A stretch of 64,000 nucleotides of DNA from Chrysomallon squamiferum (Eukaryota; Animalia; Mollusca). Positions 1 to 32,500 of the stretch are shown in pieces. The stretch spans positions 17,484,001 through 17,548,000 of the forward strand of contig CM022674.1 of NCBI GenBank assembly GCA_012295275.1, written 5' to 3'. Positions within the stretch are counted from its first letter, which is position 1; each line of letters opens with the position of its first letter. Below the pieces are notes generated by a model, which was not told the DNA's origin, did no database searches, and was given only the letters and a program-made list of their open reading frames with translations. A program made the position numbers and the translations under genes.

Positions 1-2
1 TT

Positions 3-589
3 CTCAACCTTTTTCACCAGGGACGAGAGACTGTGAAACATGTAAGAACAAAACTTATCCCAGCAATTCTAAAACAGCTGATTAAATGAATGGATTCTTT
101 CAATGAGCCTGTCTTCAAGACAATGAAAATAGCTGATCACACTCAGTGGGATATATCTGATCCAAATTAAGCCTTGGAACAAATACAACTTATCTAACCG
201 TTTTGCTGAAAGCCTAGCTTACCACAACTTTGCTATAGATATGGTTGTTGCTGAATGGAGGGGTTTAAAGGAACTTGTGGTAGACAAATTCGTCCAGTTC
301 CAAAGTAAACAAGGGAAGTGGTGTCAAATATTCAGACATCATCACTCTGAATATCCACACATTCTTTTCATCATTTAAATCACCTTGGCTGTTGCACTTG
401 CTATTGCAAGTGTTGAGGGGCACAAGCGCACTCAATCGGCAGTTGACAAATACCAGGTTGAACATGTCCAATTCTACACTGGATGATTTGCTGGTGATTA
501 GAGTTAACCTGCCTGCAGTTATAAGCTGTGACCCTTCATATGAACAAAAACTTACAGACAATGCTGTTTCCCAGTATACAGATGACTAA
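3..589 (+). pseudogene. Decayed hAT-superfamily (ZNF862-like) transposase, C-terminal part with dimerization domain
   Basis: Joined translation across stops/frameshifts: ...VVAEWRGLKELV...KWCQIFRHHHSEYPHILFII*ITLAVALAIASVE(R)G/TSALNRQLTNTRLNMSNSTLDDLLVIRVN. This matches the hAT dimerization pattern YP.L...L....S.ERGFS..N...T..R..M....LDDLL.I. Confidence 0.75.
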
Positions 590-2994
590 AAAAACAAAGA
601 AAAAGACCAGCATCTTGTACAATAGACAATCCGATTCTGTTCAGTAAGTCCTGTTACTTCATTTTTGAAATGTAGATAGATAAATAAATAAATAGCAACA
701 AAGGAAACATTGGTTAACTAAGGTAAAAATTAATTTTATTTATTATTAGCTATTTCTGGTATCAGAGACAGATGTGAAATTTGCTTATTGAAGTCAGTGT
801 AGGTTATTTTATGTAAAGATTGAAAACTGTTAAAGAAATAATTATAACTAACAAACTACAAGACGAATGAAAAGTTACTTTTTAATAAAACCTGGACCTA
901 GCCCAAGAATGGCTTTGACAACTAAAGTTTTATCAGTCTTGTACTGTACTTTGCACACTTATAACATTAAATTTTAATGTAACTAATTTAAACAAACAGA
1001 ACATTTACTTACTAACAATTCAGTTTAACCCATCTTTAGACATTAGCTGCTGTATGTTAAACCAGTTGTCTGTAACTGACCATACAACTCTTCTGTCCTG
1101 TCAATAGAACAATACAAAACTTACATACTGATTTACCCTGCTTCATAAAATAACATTGTCAAGTAAAACTTTATTTTATTATTATTATTATTACTATTGT
1201 AATGAAAGAACTTCTGTCATTTGACAAAAATATTAATAAAAAAGTAAAAACATGTATAAAAAAGAAGAATTAAGCACCAAGAGGAACAAAATACTAAAAA
1301 ACTAAAATTAAAAATAAATCTGTTATAACTGCCATTTTTTCCAAAATCAGTATAAAAAATCATTAACACACTTGAAACTGATGCTTAAAATAAAATTGTA
1401 TTTATTTATTTATTTATTTATTATCAATGTACATGGAACTGGTTAATTTACAAAATAAAATGTTATGAACCAAATCTAGTACAGTAAAAAGTCATACTTT
1501 AAAAAAAAATAGTTCAGCTCTATTTACTAGCGTATTTGTAATATACCAGATTTGTTTAAGTCACATGATAGTTTTATCTGTACACAGGTTATTGAGATAG
1601 CATGTCTACCTGTATTCTGACTGAAAACATTAGATGATTCCACAAGTTTGACATCTGAAAGTGGATGTATAACCTTGTCATAGCTGAACATGGTGAAAAC
1701 AAACATTCTTAATAACTTGAGTGAATATCTGCTCTCATTTGAGGACATACATTTAAGATTAACCACATATATAGAGATGAATTCTCTTTTATAAATAATT
1801 TACTGAATTACTCATCACCTCCATTATCTGTTGTTTAACACTCACTGCACAATTACCTATGTACATCGATATATTACGCTCAAAGCAATTACTTATTTAT
1901 AATTCAATGTATCCCATCTTTAGATTCTTGTAATTGTATGTTAAAGCAGTTGTTGTAACTGATGATATAACTTTACAGTCTTGCCAGCAGAATAAAACAA
2001 AACATTTCAAATTATTAAAATATGTGCTAATGTTCATTTAGAAAAAAAAAAAAAAAAATTTAATACAAAAAAAAAAAAAAAAACATTTTCTTTCCTAGAA
2101 CAACCACACAACAACAGAATCCAAACTCTTAAAAACTGAGAGTTATAATTAGAAGAGACAGGATGAATACTTGGAAGTTTTTTTGTATCAAAATTGTTGT
2201 TACATTAAATTGTCGTGATAAAATAATTTCACATTTTTGGGCCAAAAAATCCAGATACCTAGATAGCAAGAAAATCCAAATAGCTATGTAGAAAGACAAT
2301 TCTCTTGTGTCTACTGTTTTAGTACACGGTCATCTAGTTTATGTACACATATGTGGGATTACAATTTAATTAAGACATAGAAAGGTAAAATACAGGTGTG
2401 TGAAATACAATTATTATTACTGCTGTTGTTGTAATTAATTCAATTTGTTAATGCTTGGTTAAGAAACACTAGAATTAAACATGTTCATAACTCACTGTAC
2501 ATTTTTATTGTTCTCTAAGACTATTGAGTGGGCAAAAACTGGTGTCCATTTTTATCACCCAACCCAGTATAACACCAACATTAGATGAGCACAAATGTCA
2601 GCATTACAAAGAATTTTGAAAGGACATAGAGGCAAGATGTGATGACATTCATAAATTTATTTTTAGGCACTGACCAAACAAATATAGCTTTTCATGATAG
2701 ATGAGTGTTTACTTTGACAAATTATGTATTTACATACAGCGTTCACAGTTACTGCTGGTTCAGGTCTTAGAAAACCATTATTTAAAACAGTTTTCACTTA
2801 ATAAAACAATAAATTGTAGTTATTTAAAAGAAAACTAACAATGAAAACAAAAAATATATTTTTTGTGATATTTAGGATTGCACATAAAATAAAATAACTG
2901 GTTAATGTCTTATCATATCTGCTTTATCCTGCTTTAGCCTCAGAGCTGTTCAGCATTTTTGTCTTTACAGATATCTAAAGACAGCAACCTGGTA

Positions 2995-20722
<17,728 letters not shown>

Positions 20723-20743
20723 GTAAATGTGTGTGTCTATGTG

Positions 20744-20797
<54 letters not shown>

Positions 20798-23700
20798 CTG
20801 TCGTATTTTTTACACTGAATTCACAGAAAAAGTTATATATTGACTCTGTGTTTGAAATAAATTCACAACTATTGTGAATAAATATTTTTATTTTACACTA
20901 GTTTCACTTTCTTTCCATTGGTTATTAATAAAGACAAGTAACAATTGATTCAAAAGTTAAAAAGATTTTTTATTCGCAAAAATCATGCTTATTAACTGAT
21001 TTACAACAGATTTTTTTTTTTTTTAAATGGTTAACGAACAAATCGAAGATATTTTACAAATTATTAAAAGGATAATGAGCAAACAGTTTGGAATGATTTT
21101 TCATTCTCAATGTTCAATCATGCCTGTACTGGGCACCCTATTCGAGTAAATTTAGAAGTTAATTTCACTGACAATTAATTGCAAACATTTAAATTAAAAT
21201 TAATAATCATTAAACATAATTATTATTAATAAGCAAATATGAAATACTAATTATAATAACAAATTTATTTTAAAATGTAGAATTATTACCTATATGAAAA
21301 TGAAAAATGATATTAATAATAACAAATTACATTTAATTTAAAATACATGTATGTAAAATAATTGTTAAATCATAATTATTTTCAGTACGAATATGTAAAA
21401 TAATAATTATCATAACAAATTAGGAATAAGCTGAACACTCACAATGACTGTTTTATGGCTAAACACAAAGCCTGGATTTCATCTAGTTTTATCACAGTTC
21501 AGTTATTTCCCTTTAGTGGTTTAATAATGTGTTATGAATCTGCTAATATTAAAAATATTGCAACAGTAATCTGTCATGAATAGGGAAGTAAAAGCTATTG
21601 TTACACTAAAATATGAATATGCAACTTAAAGTATTATGCTAATATATTACGAATATACAAATTAAAGTATTAAGCTAAAATATTATGAATATGCAAATTA
21701 TAGTAACTATTGTAACAATGTATTAAGAATGGGGAAAAGCAAAATATTTATTACATATTTGTGTTTGTTTTTCTGAATATTCAAATGTAAAATATAACAA
21801 ATTATGAATGATCAATTAATTGAAAAAAGACTAATAAAAATGTATTACAATTTTCTTCATTTTCAGAACATTTTATAACAGCAGTATGTATGTATGTATG
21901 TATGTATGTGTGTATGTATGTATGTATGTTTTTATGTTTGTAGTCCATGTACTTGTATGTGTGTGTGTTTATGACCATATACAGAAAAGATGAACACAAT
22001 ACAAGTCATTAAAATAATTTAAGTGCGATTTTGTATACATATTGCAAATATAAAGAAACGAGAAAGAGTTGTGTTAACATATTCAAAAACTGGTTTAATA
22101 ACAGGTGTAAAGTTATTCTTCAAAATTAAATTTTATATATATATGGTGGGTTTCAAGAACTTCAGCTTGGCCTAACCATTACTGTTAATTATTTGTTTGT
22201 CTTCACATTTCAATTTTTCTGTCAATTATTTTCTGAAATGATCCAGACTGATTTTGTACATTTTTCAAGGTCTGAACAACCTGTAAATAAAAAGGGAAGA
22301 AATAGTGGCAGGTTATTTTGTGTATGACATTTACGTAGATATTTAAGTATATTATAACTGTTAGTTACTGGCAAATGATTGCAGTGTGATATCACCCATC
22401 ATTTGTACAGTAAGTAACAACTTTTATTTATTAATATATTATTTGTTTAATCCTAATTTCTTATTTTTGTTTTGTTTTTATTTTTGTCTTTATTTTCTTT
22501 TTTAATTGATTTATTTATTTAATTAATTAGAGAGAGAGAGAGAGATACACAGAGAGGCATAGATATATATAGCTTTGTTTCGTTCTGTTTTCTTTTTGTT
22601 TGTTTAAGGTTTTTTTGATGGAGGAACTATTTTTATTCATATTTAAATTGTAAGTAATATTAGACAGGTCTTTTTGTGTGTTTTTTTAGGTTTTTTTGGA
22701 GAGCTGTTAAGGGGAGATCACTCACCTTTTAATGGTTGGCCTGTCCTTTGAGTGCTGTGACCAGCAACTCTGCATGAGATCTTTGTACTGCGGCATCATG
22801 TTTGTTACACTGTTCAGCCGCGGCCTGCTTCCACGAGTCACCAGCTCTATCACCTGTAAACACACTGCTGTTGTTTAACACACACATCAACCTATCACAG
22901 GTGTGTTCATACTAATGTGTGTGTGTGTACACCAACACTCACAAGCACACACACACACACACGGCTTGAATTCACACACACACAGAAACAAGTGCATGTA
23001 AATAAACTAATTTACAAGTGCATTTGGATACTAATATAAGTACCTTTACAGAGAAATATATTAATATATCAACTCAAATACCTTTGTAGACAGATACATG
23101 CAGACACATTCACACCCACACATATATTACACATATACTGCACACTTAAATACACAAATGCACACTCAAGCATATATACACAAATACATACACAAATAAC
23201 AGATTGTATCACACTACATCTTGCTATGTGGTGGTATCTTGAAACTCGTCTTAACACACACACACACACATACACACGCACAAATACACACAAACGACAA
23301 ATTGTATCAAATTACCTCTTCCTCCTTCCAAACACATCCACACTCAAACAGACAAACACACAAACAAATCACATCAAACTACCTCTTCCTCGGTGACAGT
23401 GTCTTCAAATGGGTCTTCACAGACAAACAGCTCCCACATTACAAGTCCAAACGAGTAAACATCGGCTGCCGTTGTGATCACTGCGTCATCCTCGAGTACA
23501 GTGGGGTTCTGCAGTATTTCTGGAGCTGTCCAGCGAATGTTGGCTGGACATGCACTGTAGTTACGACGACCTGTAAAGTTACCTGTGTCTTTGTACAGTC
23601 CATTTAGTAACTATTCTAAAACTTAATAGCTGTTGAGATTAAATTTTATGTTTCTTTTATTTTTATTTTTAAATGAATATTTTAAGATTATATACATACG

Positions 23701-25791
23701 TACATACACAGACACATATGTTCTACATCCATGTTTTCCATAAAGAAATGGAAACACACACATACACACACATACATATAAACACATGCACAACTACTTA
23801 AACATAAATGGACAGTCACACACACATATATATACACACACACACTCACATATACACATACACATGTATACAAAAACTATACATACATTAACATATGCAG
23901 TTATACTCTCATATTTATACTTACAAACATTAATGCTCAAATATGTACCCTTATTGAATTATATTAATAAACTACTAGAACACATTAACAACAGAAAATC
24001 TTAAATGGTTTTATATCAGTCTACACCTTTGCTAATGGGAGATAACTCTGCCAAGAAAAACACATAATATTGTCTACCATAGTTCTTAAAAGGCATTATG
24101 GGTAAAGTATAAAAACATATTTTCTTTATTTAATTTTTTATTTATTTATTGATTTATTATCATTATCAGTACTTTATATAAATAATCATTATATGTATAA
24201 GATTTTTATTTTTATATTAAATCTCTCATTTTTGCATTAAAATATTCACATAAAGATTCACCAATACCAAGTTAAAAGTTTATTTTCCTTTTGAAATAAA
24301 ATCTTGGTCTTCTACATCCATATTTTTCTCACAGAAATGGGAACAGACTGATACAAATTCAATAATTTCTATTTTTGTTCAGTTACTGACTCTTGTTCAT
24401 AACAATAATGTCTGTCATTTTTCTTTCAAGGAATTGTGGGTAAAACTCACAGCAGCAGTCTTCCTTTGTACAGTTCTGTCTTAGTGGCTGTATCATTTTT
24501 GTCAGTCCAAAATCAGCAACCTGATATTTTATAAAAATTAAAATTTATTTATAATTCACCAAATTTGTCTTTGAGAATCTGAAGTATAGCCTACAAGAAC
24601 CTTGTTTGAAACAAATCTCTTAAGAAAATAATAAGAAATTTTATTTTAAAACAAACAACAATTCTACTGACACTGTCAGAACAGTCAGAGATTGTGTTCA
24701 TGATAACCATGAATTAAAAAACTCTTTGACAGCAGAAAAACAAAATATTATAGTTGACCACACCAAGCGTGCCTTAACAGATCTTTGAATGGAATGTAAA
24801 AAGTTAGAATGAAATTTAAAATAATAATTTTTTTTAAATTCTCCACATCTCTTTTAAACAGAAAACTGATTTTTAATTTTTTTATTTATTTGTTTTCTTA
24901 TTTTTCTTAATATTTTATTTTATTTTATTTTATTTTATTTTATTGCTGGAAATAAATTACAAGGGATCTTTTATATGCACTTTCACTAAAACTACTTGGC
25001 CTATGATCTAACAATAACAGAGCACTGTCTGACCTGGGAAACAGAATTGGTTGGATTGGGAAAATGCCCCTAAAAAACTACTACTAACAGGGACAAGTCA
25101 TTAATGCATTCCATATGAGAGCTTTACCTCTAGTCTACACATCCTTTTGTCTAACAACTAAAATGTGTTAGTGTTTACTGATTCTTTATCTTCAAATAAT
25201 TGAGAATAAAAAAATTAAAAAATGAATTAACATCAGAACACTACAAAATAAAACAGCAAACATTTGATTTAACACAGCCACATTCAACAGCCTTCGTGTT
25301 CAGCCAACAAAAGCTGTCTTTAGTTTTGAAGTTTAAGTGTTTCTAAAATATCGTTGATTTGTTAACAGCTGTAATATTTTGCAGTCTTCTGTCAGAACAG
25401 TTTTAGAAATCTGTTATAAATCACTGATAAATCAGGACTATTGGAATAAAAATCTGTTATTTTTTTTTTTGTGATTTATTTTTAAAACAGTATTTGTTAG
25501 TTATAAAGCATAACAAAAAATAATAATAATATTTGTCAAGGCAGTGATCAATTTGTTTTTAGAATGGCAAAACCTATTTTGTATATCTCTGTAGAAAAAA
25601 AATCTTCATTGCAGCTTCTTTTATACTTTATTATTAGCAAAGAGTTATCAGCTCTATTTAAACATTCATTTCATAGACTTAAGCTTAGGTAGTGAATATT
25701 AATTCCTTTCATACGGAAGTTATTATATTCATAATACTCTGTAATAATGTAGTAATAAGATACTTTTTTGTGAAGTGTGTGTTTATTTTTT

Positions 25792-26589
<798 letters not shown>

Positions 26590-28250
26590 CTGTTCATATC
26601 TCTCCCCTTTTTTTTCTCTCACCTGAGAAACCAAACTTCTTTCTTCATCAGCTCTATGATGTCATCAGTCACCTGGTTGTCATGGAGAAAATCTTTACTA
26701 ATCGACAACTTTAATCAAAAAATGTTTCCTTAAATATCTAATTAATAAATATAAATAAAATATATATATGTATGTAAAAAAATAATTAAAAAGAAAATAA
26801 ATAAAAATTCGAATCCTATATCTGCATTTGTAAATTCACCATGGCAGTAGCTCACCTCTGTCTTATTTTAATCGTGTCAATAGACATAACAGCATTCTCT
26901 AAAACAGGCAGCTGACTTTTCTTGGACACTTTCGATCCTGGTTCATAATCCCGGTACCTAACAGACATCAGTGATGGGGCTGTTAGGCGTTTGTCATAAA
27001 TGTCATCATTGGGGGAATGGTGTGAAAACCCTCTCATTTTTCCAGTAACTGAAACAGCAAATATGTGACTTCTTAAACACTTTTATATATATATATATAT
27101 ATAATGATGTCGCAACCATAGAAAAATGTTGGTGATCAGGTATTTTTAAATTAATTCTATTTTTTAATCTATTTTATTATTAATTAAGATCGGAAGCTAC
27201 AAAACCAAAATTAAATGTAAAACTCAGAACTATACGGATAACATACAGAGTAGTTCTTCGTATCACCTAAGGTTCATTTGTTATTATTAATAAAGATTGG
27301 AAGCCAAACATAATTTCAAAATCTAACTCAGAAGAATACAGACTCCAATTAGAACAGTTCTTTATGTCACTAAATGAATATTTTAAATGCAGAACTCCGA
27401 AAATCTCACCTGGAAGTTTGTAGTAGAATGGTAGGTGTGTTCTACTGAGGTAACACAAGAATCCGATAATGAATGCCATGAACAAGAAGCTAAGAATAGC
27501 ACCAAACATAATAAACATATCACTGCTCTTGCGGTTTTCTGATCTTTCTGCAAAAAATTTAAATGATCAAGTACTGTTAATTAGACGGCATTCTCATTAG
27601 TGTATTCTGCAGTTACACTGATGCTTGTCATCCAACAGTCTTGTAAAATTTATTTAAATTATTAATTAATTACTAATTACACGGCAGTCTCATTAGTATA
27701 TTTAAAAAAATAATAATTTGTTGCCACAGTCATGCTTGTTATCTGACAAACTCTAAATTTATATTATAAAACGTCTAACCTAGAATTTCAGAATATATTG
27801 TATGTTTTACATTTCTAACAACAGATATCTCTGTAACAATTGATATAAATTTCAAAAACAAATTTTGTACAGTGATATTTCTACTTACATTTTTTTATTC
27901 ACCACATCACATAATTTACACATTCCGTTATTTTTACTTTGAAGAAAGCAGAAAAATTCCTAACAGACTGAGGATATGAAAAATTGTCCAGTTATTTTCT
28001 GATCAGTTATATAGGTTAAGTATGTTATGTAAAATATAACAATGCATAAATCACTGATAACATTCAAGCATCAACTTATATGTGGGTTCTTACATTTCTG
28101 TGAATCAAACAATGCTACAGAATTTTTTATATATATACACACACACACACACATACATACATACATACATATATATATATATGTGTGTGTGTGGGTGTGT
28201 GTTTACAGACAGACATACAGATAGATAGACATAGATTTAGATTTTTTTTT

Positions 28251-28285
<35 letters not shown>

Positions 28286-28319
28286 GACACATATACATAC
28301 ATACATATATATATATATA

Positions 28320-28429
28320 TGTAGCAGTACCAGATTTTTTTTTTTTTACGTTTTCCAGAACACAGGAAGTAGAACGTAACAGCTACGGGTGGGTTCAGAC
28401 CATTTATTCGATGTCACACAAAAAATGAA
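28320..28429 (-). repeat. Truncated 3' LTR (terminal 110 bp only)
   Basis: Matches 34304-34412, then joins directly to integrase C-terminal coding sequence. Confidence 0.9.
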
Positions 28430-29503
28430 CGACGTTGAACGACGTGGTAGAGGCTGTGGTGGAGGTTGTGGCGAAGGTCGAGGCCGAGGTGGAGATATTG
28501 GTAAATGAGGTGAAGAAGATGAAACCGGAGAAGATGAAGGCAAATCTCCTTCATCCAGAGATAACATGTCTTGATTCTCACTAGGATCAGTTTCTGTGCT
28601 TTCAGCCTCTGGGGCATTAAGCATGTGTTCGTCAACACCAGAACCTTCACCCTCTGTCTCAACAAGATGCTGATCGTCATTAGCAACCTGCGAGGCAGAC
28701 GTAATTTCTCCAACAGTAACTTCAGGGATGGATATAAGACCATCGTCTGCTGTGGAAAATATATCAAGATCCTCTATCTCCGACTGTGTTTCCTCCAAAT
28801 CTTGTTTCTCTGGTGTAGGATTTGAATGAAGCAGTTTCCTCCTGGGTTTCGGCTTAGGCTTTTCTTCCTTATCAGGAAGAAGGGACCCTATTGGAAGAAG
28901 ATGATTTCGATGTAAGGTCCTTGTCCTTCCCTCACCATCTTCCCTCTGTACAACGAACACCGGGATATCCTTGTTCGGCTGTGAAAGGATGAGGTATGGA
29001 AATTCTTCCCATCGATCTGCAAGTTTATGCTTACCCTCGAAAGCCAATGTCTTGACTAAGACACGATCACCTTCCTCTAAGGTTGCGCCCCTAACCTTCA
29101 GGTCATAGCCAGTCGTTTGTCGTTGTTGAGCTAACTTTATTGCTTTTGATGCCAATTCATAGGAATGTTTAATTTTCTCCTTTAAAGATTTGACATATGT
29201 CAGCAGTGAGTCATTACCCCTGTTCAAATCAATTCCAAAGGCAAGATCAATGGGCAATCGGGGCTCTCGTCCGAACATTAAGAAGAACGGTGAATATCCA
29301 GTTGAATCATGCCTGATGCAGTTATAGGCATGAACTAGAGGTCCAACATATGTTTTCCAGTCCTTCTTTTGATCAGGATTAAGAGTCCCAAGCATATCAA
29401 GCAATGTACGATTAAATCTCTCGCACATGCCATTACCCATTGGATGGTATGGGGTAGTTCTTGATTTGTCCATTCCCAAAATTATGCAAAGTTCTTTCAT
29501 CAA
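28346..29503 (-). CDS. pol: Integrase C-terminal half, separated from pol by a 1-nt deletion
   Basis: TTPYHPMGNGMCERFNRTL and GYSPFFLMFGREPRLP; restoring one T at ~29513 gives HSDQGANFESRLMKE. Confidence 0.9.
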   Translation of the reverse strand: MMKELCIILGMDKSRTTPYHPMGNGMCERFNRTLLDMLGTLNPDQKKDWKTYVGPLVHAYNCIRHDSTGYSPFFLMFGREPRLPIDLAFGIDLNRGNDSLLTYVKSLKEKIKHSYELASKAIKLAQQRQTTGYDLKVRGATLEEGDRVLVKTLAFEGKHKLADRWEEFPYLILSQPNKDIPVFVVQREDGEGRTRTLHRNHLLPIGSLLPDKEEKPKPKPRRKLLHSNPTPEKQDLEETQSEIEDLDIFSTADDGLISIPEVTVGEITSASQVANDDQHLVETEGEGSGVDEHMLNAPEAESTETDPSENQDMLSLDEGDLPSSSPVSSSSPHLPISPPRPRPSPQPPPQPLPRRSTSFIFCVTSNKWSEPTRSCYVLLPVFWKT

Positions 29504-32500
29504 ACGACTTTCAAGTTCGCCCCCTGATCACTATGTATTCGTAGAGGAATACCATAGTGTATCACAAAGTTGTTGTAGAAGGCCTCTGCTGTAGTCTTTG
29601 CTGTCATATTTCTAGTAGGTATAGCTTGCACGTACCTGGTGAAATGATCAGTGATTATTAAAATATGTTGATAACCTCCCTTTGAGGTTTCCAAAGTAAG
29701 AAAGTCCATACAAATTAACTCCAGGGGTTGAGTGGTGGTGATATTAATAAGCGGAGCACGAGCATTAGCTAATGATTTCCGCCGTACACACCGGTTACAG
29801 TTTTTAATCCATTCCTCAACATCAGCTGCCATGCCTGGCCAATCAAATCTGTCACGAAGAAGTGATAAAGTCCTGTCACGACCAGGATGCCCAACATCAT
29901 TGTGTAAACCATGGAGAACATCATGAACATATTTAGATGGTAAAACAAGTTGATATCGAATCTGACCATCGATCTTCACCTGGCGATGCAAAATACCTCT
30001 CACAAAAACAAAACTATCAAAAGCTCTGAAATAGGCATTATTCACTGGGGTAGAAGGAAAATCTTGTCGACGAGGTTTCTTCTTCCTTCGTACAAGCTCC
30101 ATCCATGGATGCAAGATTGTATCAGCAGCTTGGGCTTTCCTCCAGTCTCTGTCAGACATTCCACTGATGTTCTGTCCATCATCCAGAACAGAATCGACCA
30201 CTTCTGCAGAAGTGCTTAATGCTTCTACAAACGGTTGAGCATTCAAAACACCACATACAGCTCTAACTGTGTCTGCCGATATTTCGGTATGTTCTGATGA
30301 ACCAGGTAGTCTGGATAAAGAATGAGCATCAGCGTTGTTTAACCCAGGTCGGTAAAAGATGTTAAAATCGTATGATGCAAGTGCTGCTAGCCATCTGTGA
30401 CCCGTGGCATCCAACTTTGCCGATGTGAGTACATATGTTAGCGGGTTGTTATCGGTCAGCACCGTAAACTTGTTTCCATACACATATTCATGATATTTCT
30501 CACTTATAGCCCATTTTAAAGCAAGAAATTCTAACCGATGAGCTGAATAATTGGCTTCAGACTTACTGAGACTTCTACTGGCATAGCTAATGACATGCTT
30601 CATCCCGTCATTTTCTTGATAAAGCACAGCACCAAGGCTATGTGAACTTGCATCAATGTGCAATTCAAACGGTTTACTGTAATCAGGATACCCAAGAATG
30701 GGAGGCGAAGATAAGATTTCTTTCAGTTGCTGAAAAGCTACCTCTTGACTGGGTCCCCATGTCCAAGGTTTGCGGGGTTCGTTCTTCTTGGATTGTGGCC
30801 TGGTGTGAGGCATTAAGGATGTCAAAGGTCTAGCTACCTTTGCAAAATCCTTAACAAATTTTCTATAATAGCCAGCGAACCCCAAAAATTGCCTAACCTC
30901 ATTAGGGTTAGTTGGCTTTGGCCAATTAATAATCTTCTCAACTTTATCAGGATCGGCTTCTATCCCAGCCTCAGAAATTACATGTCCAAGAAAATTTATT
31001 TTGTTTTTGAAAAAGGAACACTTCTCTGCTGTCAGCTTCAAACCTGATTCTCGAACTCGCTGAAATACTTGGGACAAGCGATCAAGATGTTCATCATACG
31101 TTTTGGAAAATATTAAAATATCATCCAAATAAATCAAACATGACTTGAGATGAAGTCCCTCAAAGGTATCATTCATCAACCGTTGATATGTTGCTGGACT
31201 GTTGCATAACCCAAAGGGCATACGATTGTATTCGTAAAATCCTAAAGGTCCAACAGTAAATGCAGTTCTTTCCTTGTGGTTTTCTTCAATTTTAACCTGG
31301 TGGTATCCACTCTTCATGTCTAAAGTTGAAAAATATTTTGCACCCGTCACAGCATCAAACATCTCAATTCTTGGAAGAGAGTAAGAATCTTTAACGGTTT
31401 TCGAATTCAGCTGTCTATAATCTACACACATCCTGAGTTTACCATTTTTCTTGCGAGCTAATACCACGTTTGAAGACCAAGGAGAATGAGAATGTCTAAT
31501 GATGCCACCGGCCAACAACTGTTGTAAATGATCCTTGACCTCCTGGTACATTGCGGGTGGTATACGTCTATGTCGCTGCTTAAAGGGCGTTTCATCGTCT
31601 AACTCAATTCGATGGTGTACCGCAGTGGTATGACCTACATCTAGATCACCTGTTGAGAAAATATCTGAAAAAGAAGAAATGACCTGTTTTCCCTGTTCTA
31701 ATTCTTCAGGTACTAAACAACAATCTCCAAAATTCAACATATCTAAAACAGAAAAATCTTTTGAAGTTGTTGTCTCTTTCATCTCAGGAATATCTTCAAT
31801 TTCAACAGCTTGTATTTCACAAATAATGGCACGTGAGGGAACGGATATTGCACGAGTTGTCACATTGGAAATGTGAATGTCTAACTCAAACAATTTCTTT
31901 TTATTGTCATACTTGTAGCTGAATAAACTTGGAGCGATGTCTAAGTCATCCGGAATAACGGAACCCTTGGTTGGTGCAGTCATAGCCCAAGTACATCTAT
32001 AGGGAAGAGGTTTATCAACAACACTACGCAGCGTGATTTCACTGTTGGCAGGAATCACCACTCTTTTGCATTCTGCACTCTTCACCTTACCAAGAATAAA
32101 ATGGTTTCTCTCCAATTCTTTTTGCTGTAATGTTAAACATCTAAAAGACAGATACCAAGGGGTATGAAGATTAGCTTTTTGTAGAAATCTGTTACCATGT
32201 GTTTTCTTGCACTGATTCATAAAATGAGAGAGAACGTTAGTACCAAGAAGTAATGGGACAGAAGAATTGTACTTACTATTTGGTACAACTAACAAAATGC
32301 TAAGCAAAGGAGAGGAAATACTGTCTGTCCCTTGCAGTTCAACTTCAATATACCCATGATACGGTAAAAGCTTACCATCGGCACATTCAACGTTTAAAAT
32401 AGTATCAAGAGATTTGAGAGGTGTATCAGAAAAATGCTTGTTATAAAAACCTTCAGAAATTGTTGAAACTGTAGAACCAGTATCTAACAGAGCTTTAGTA

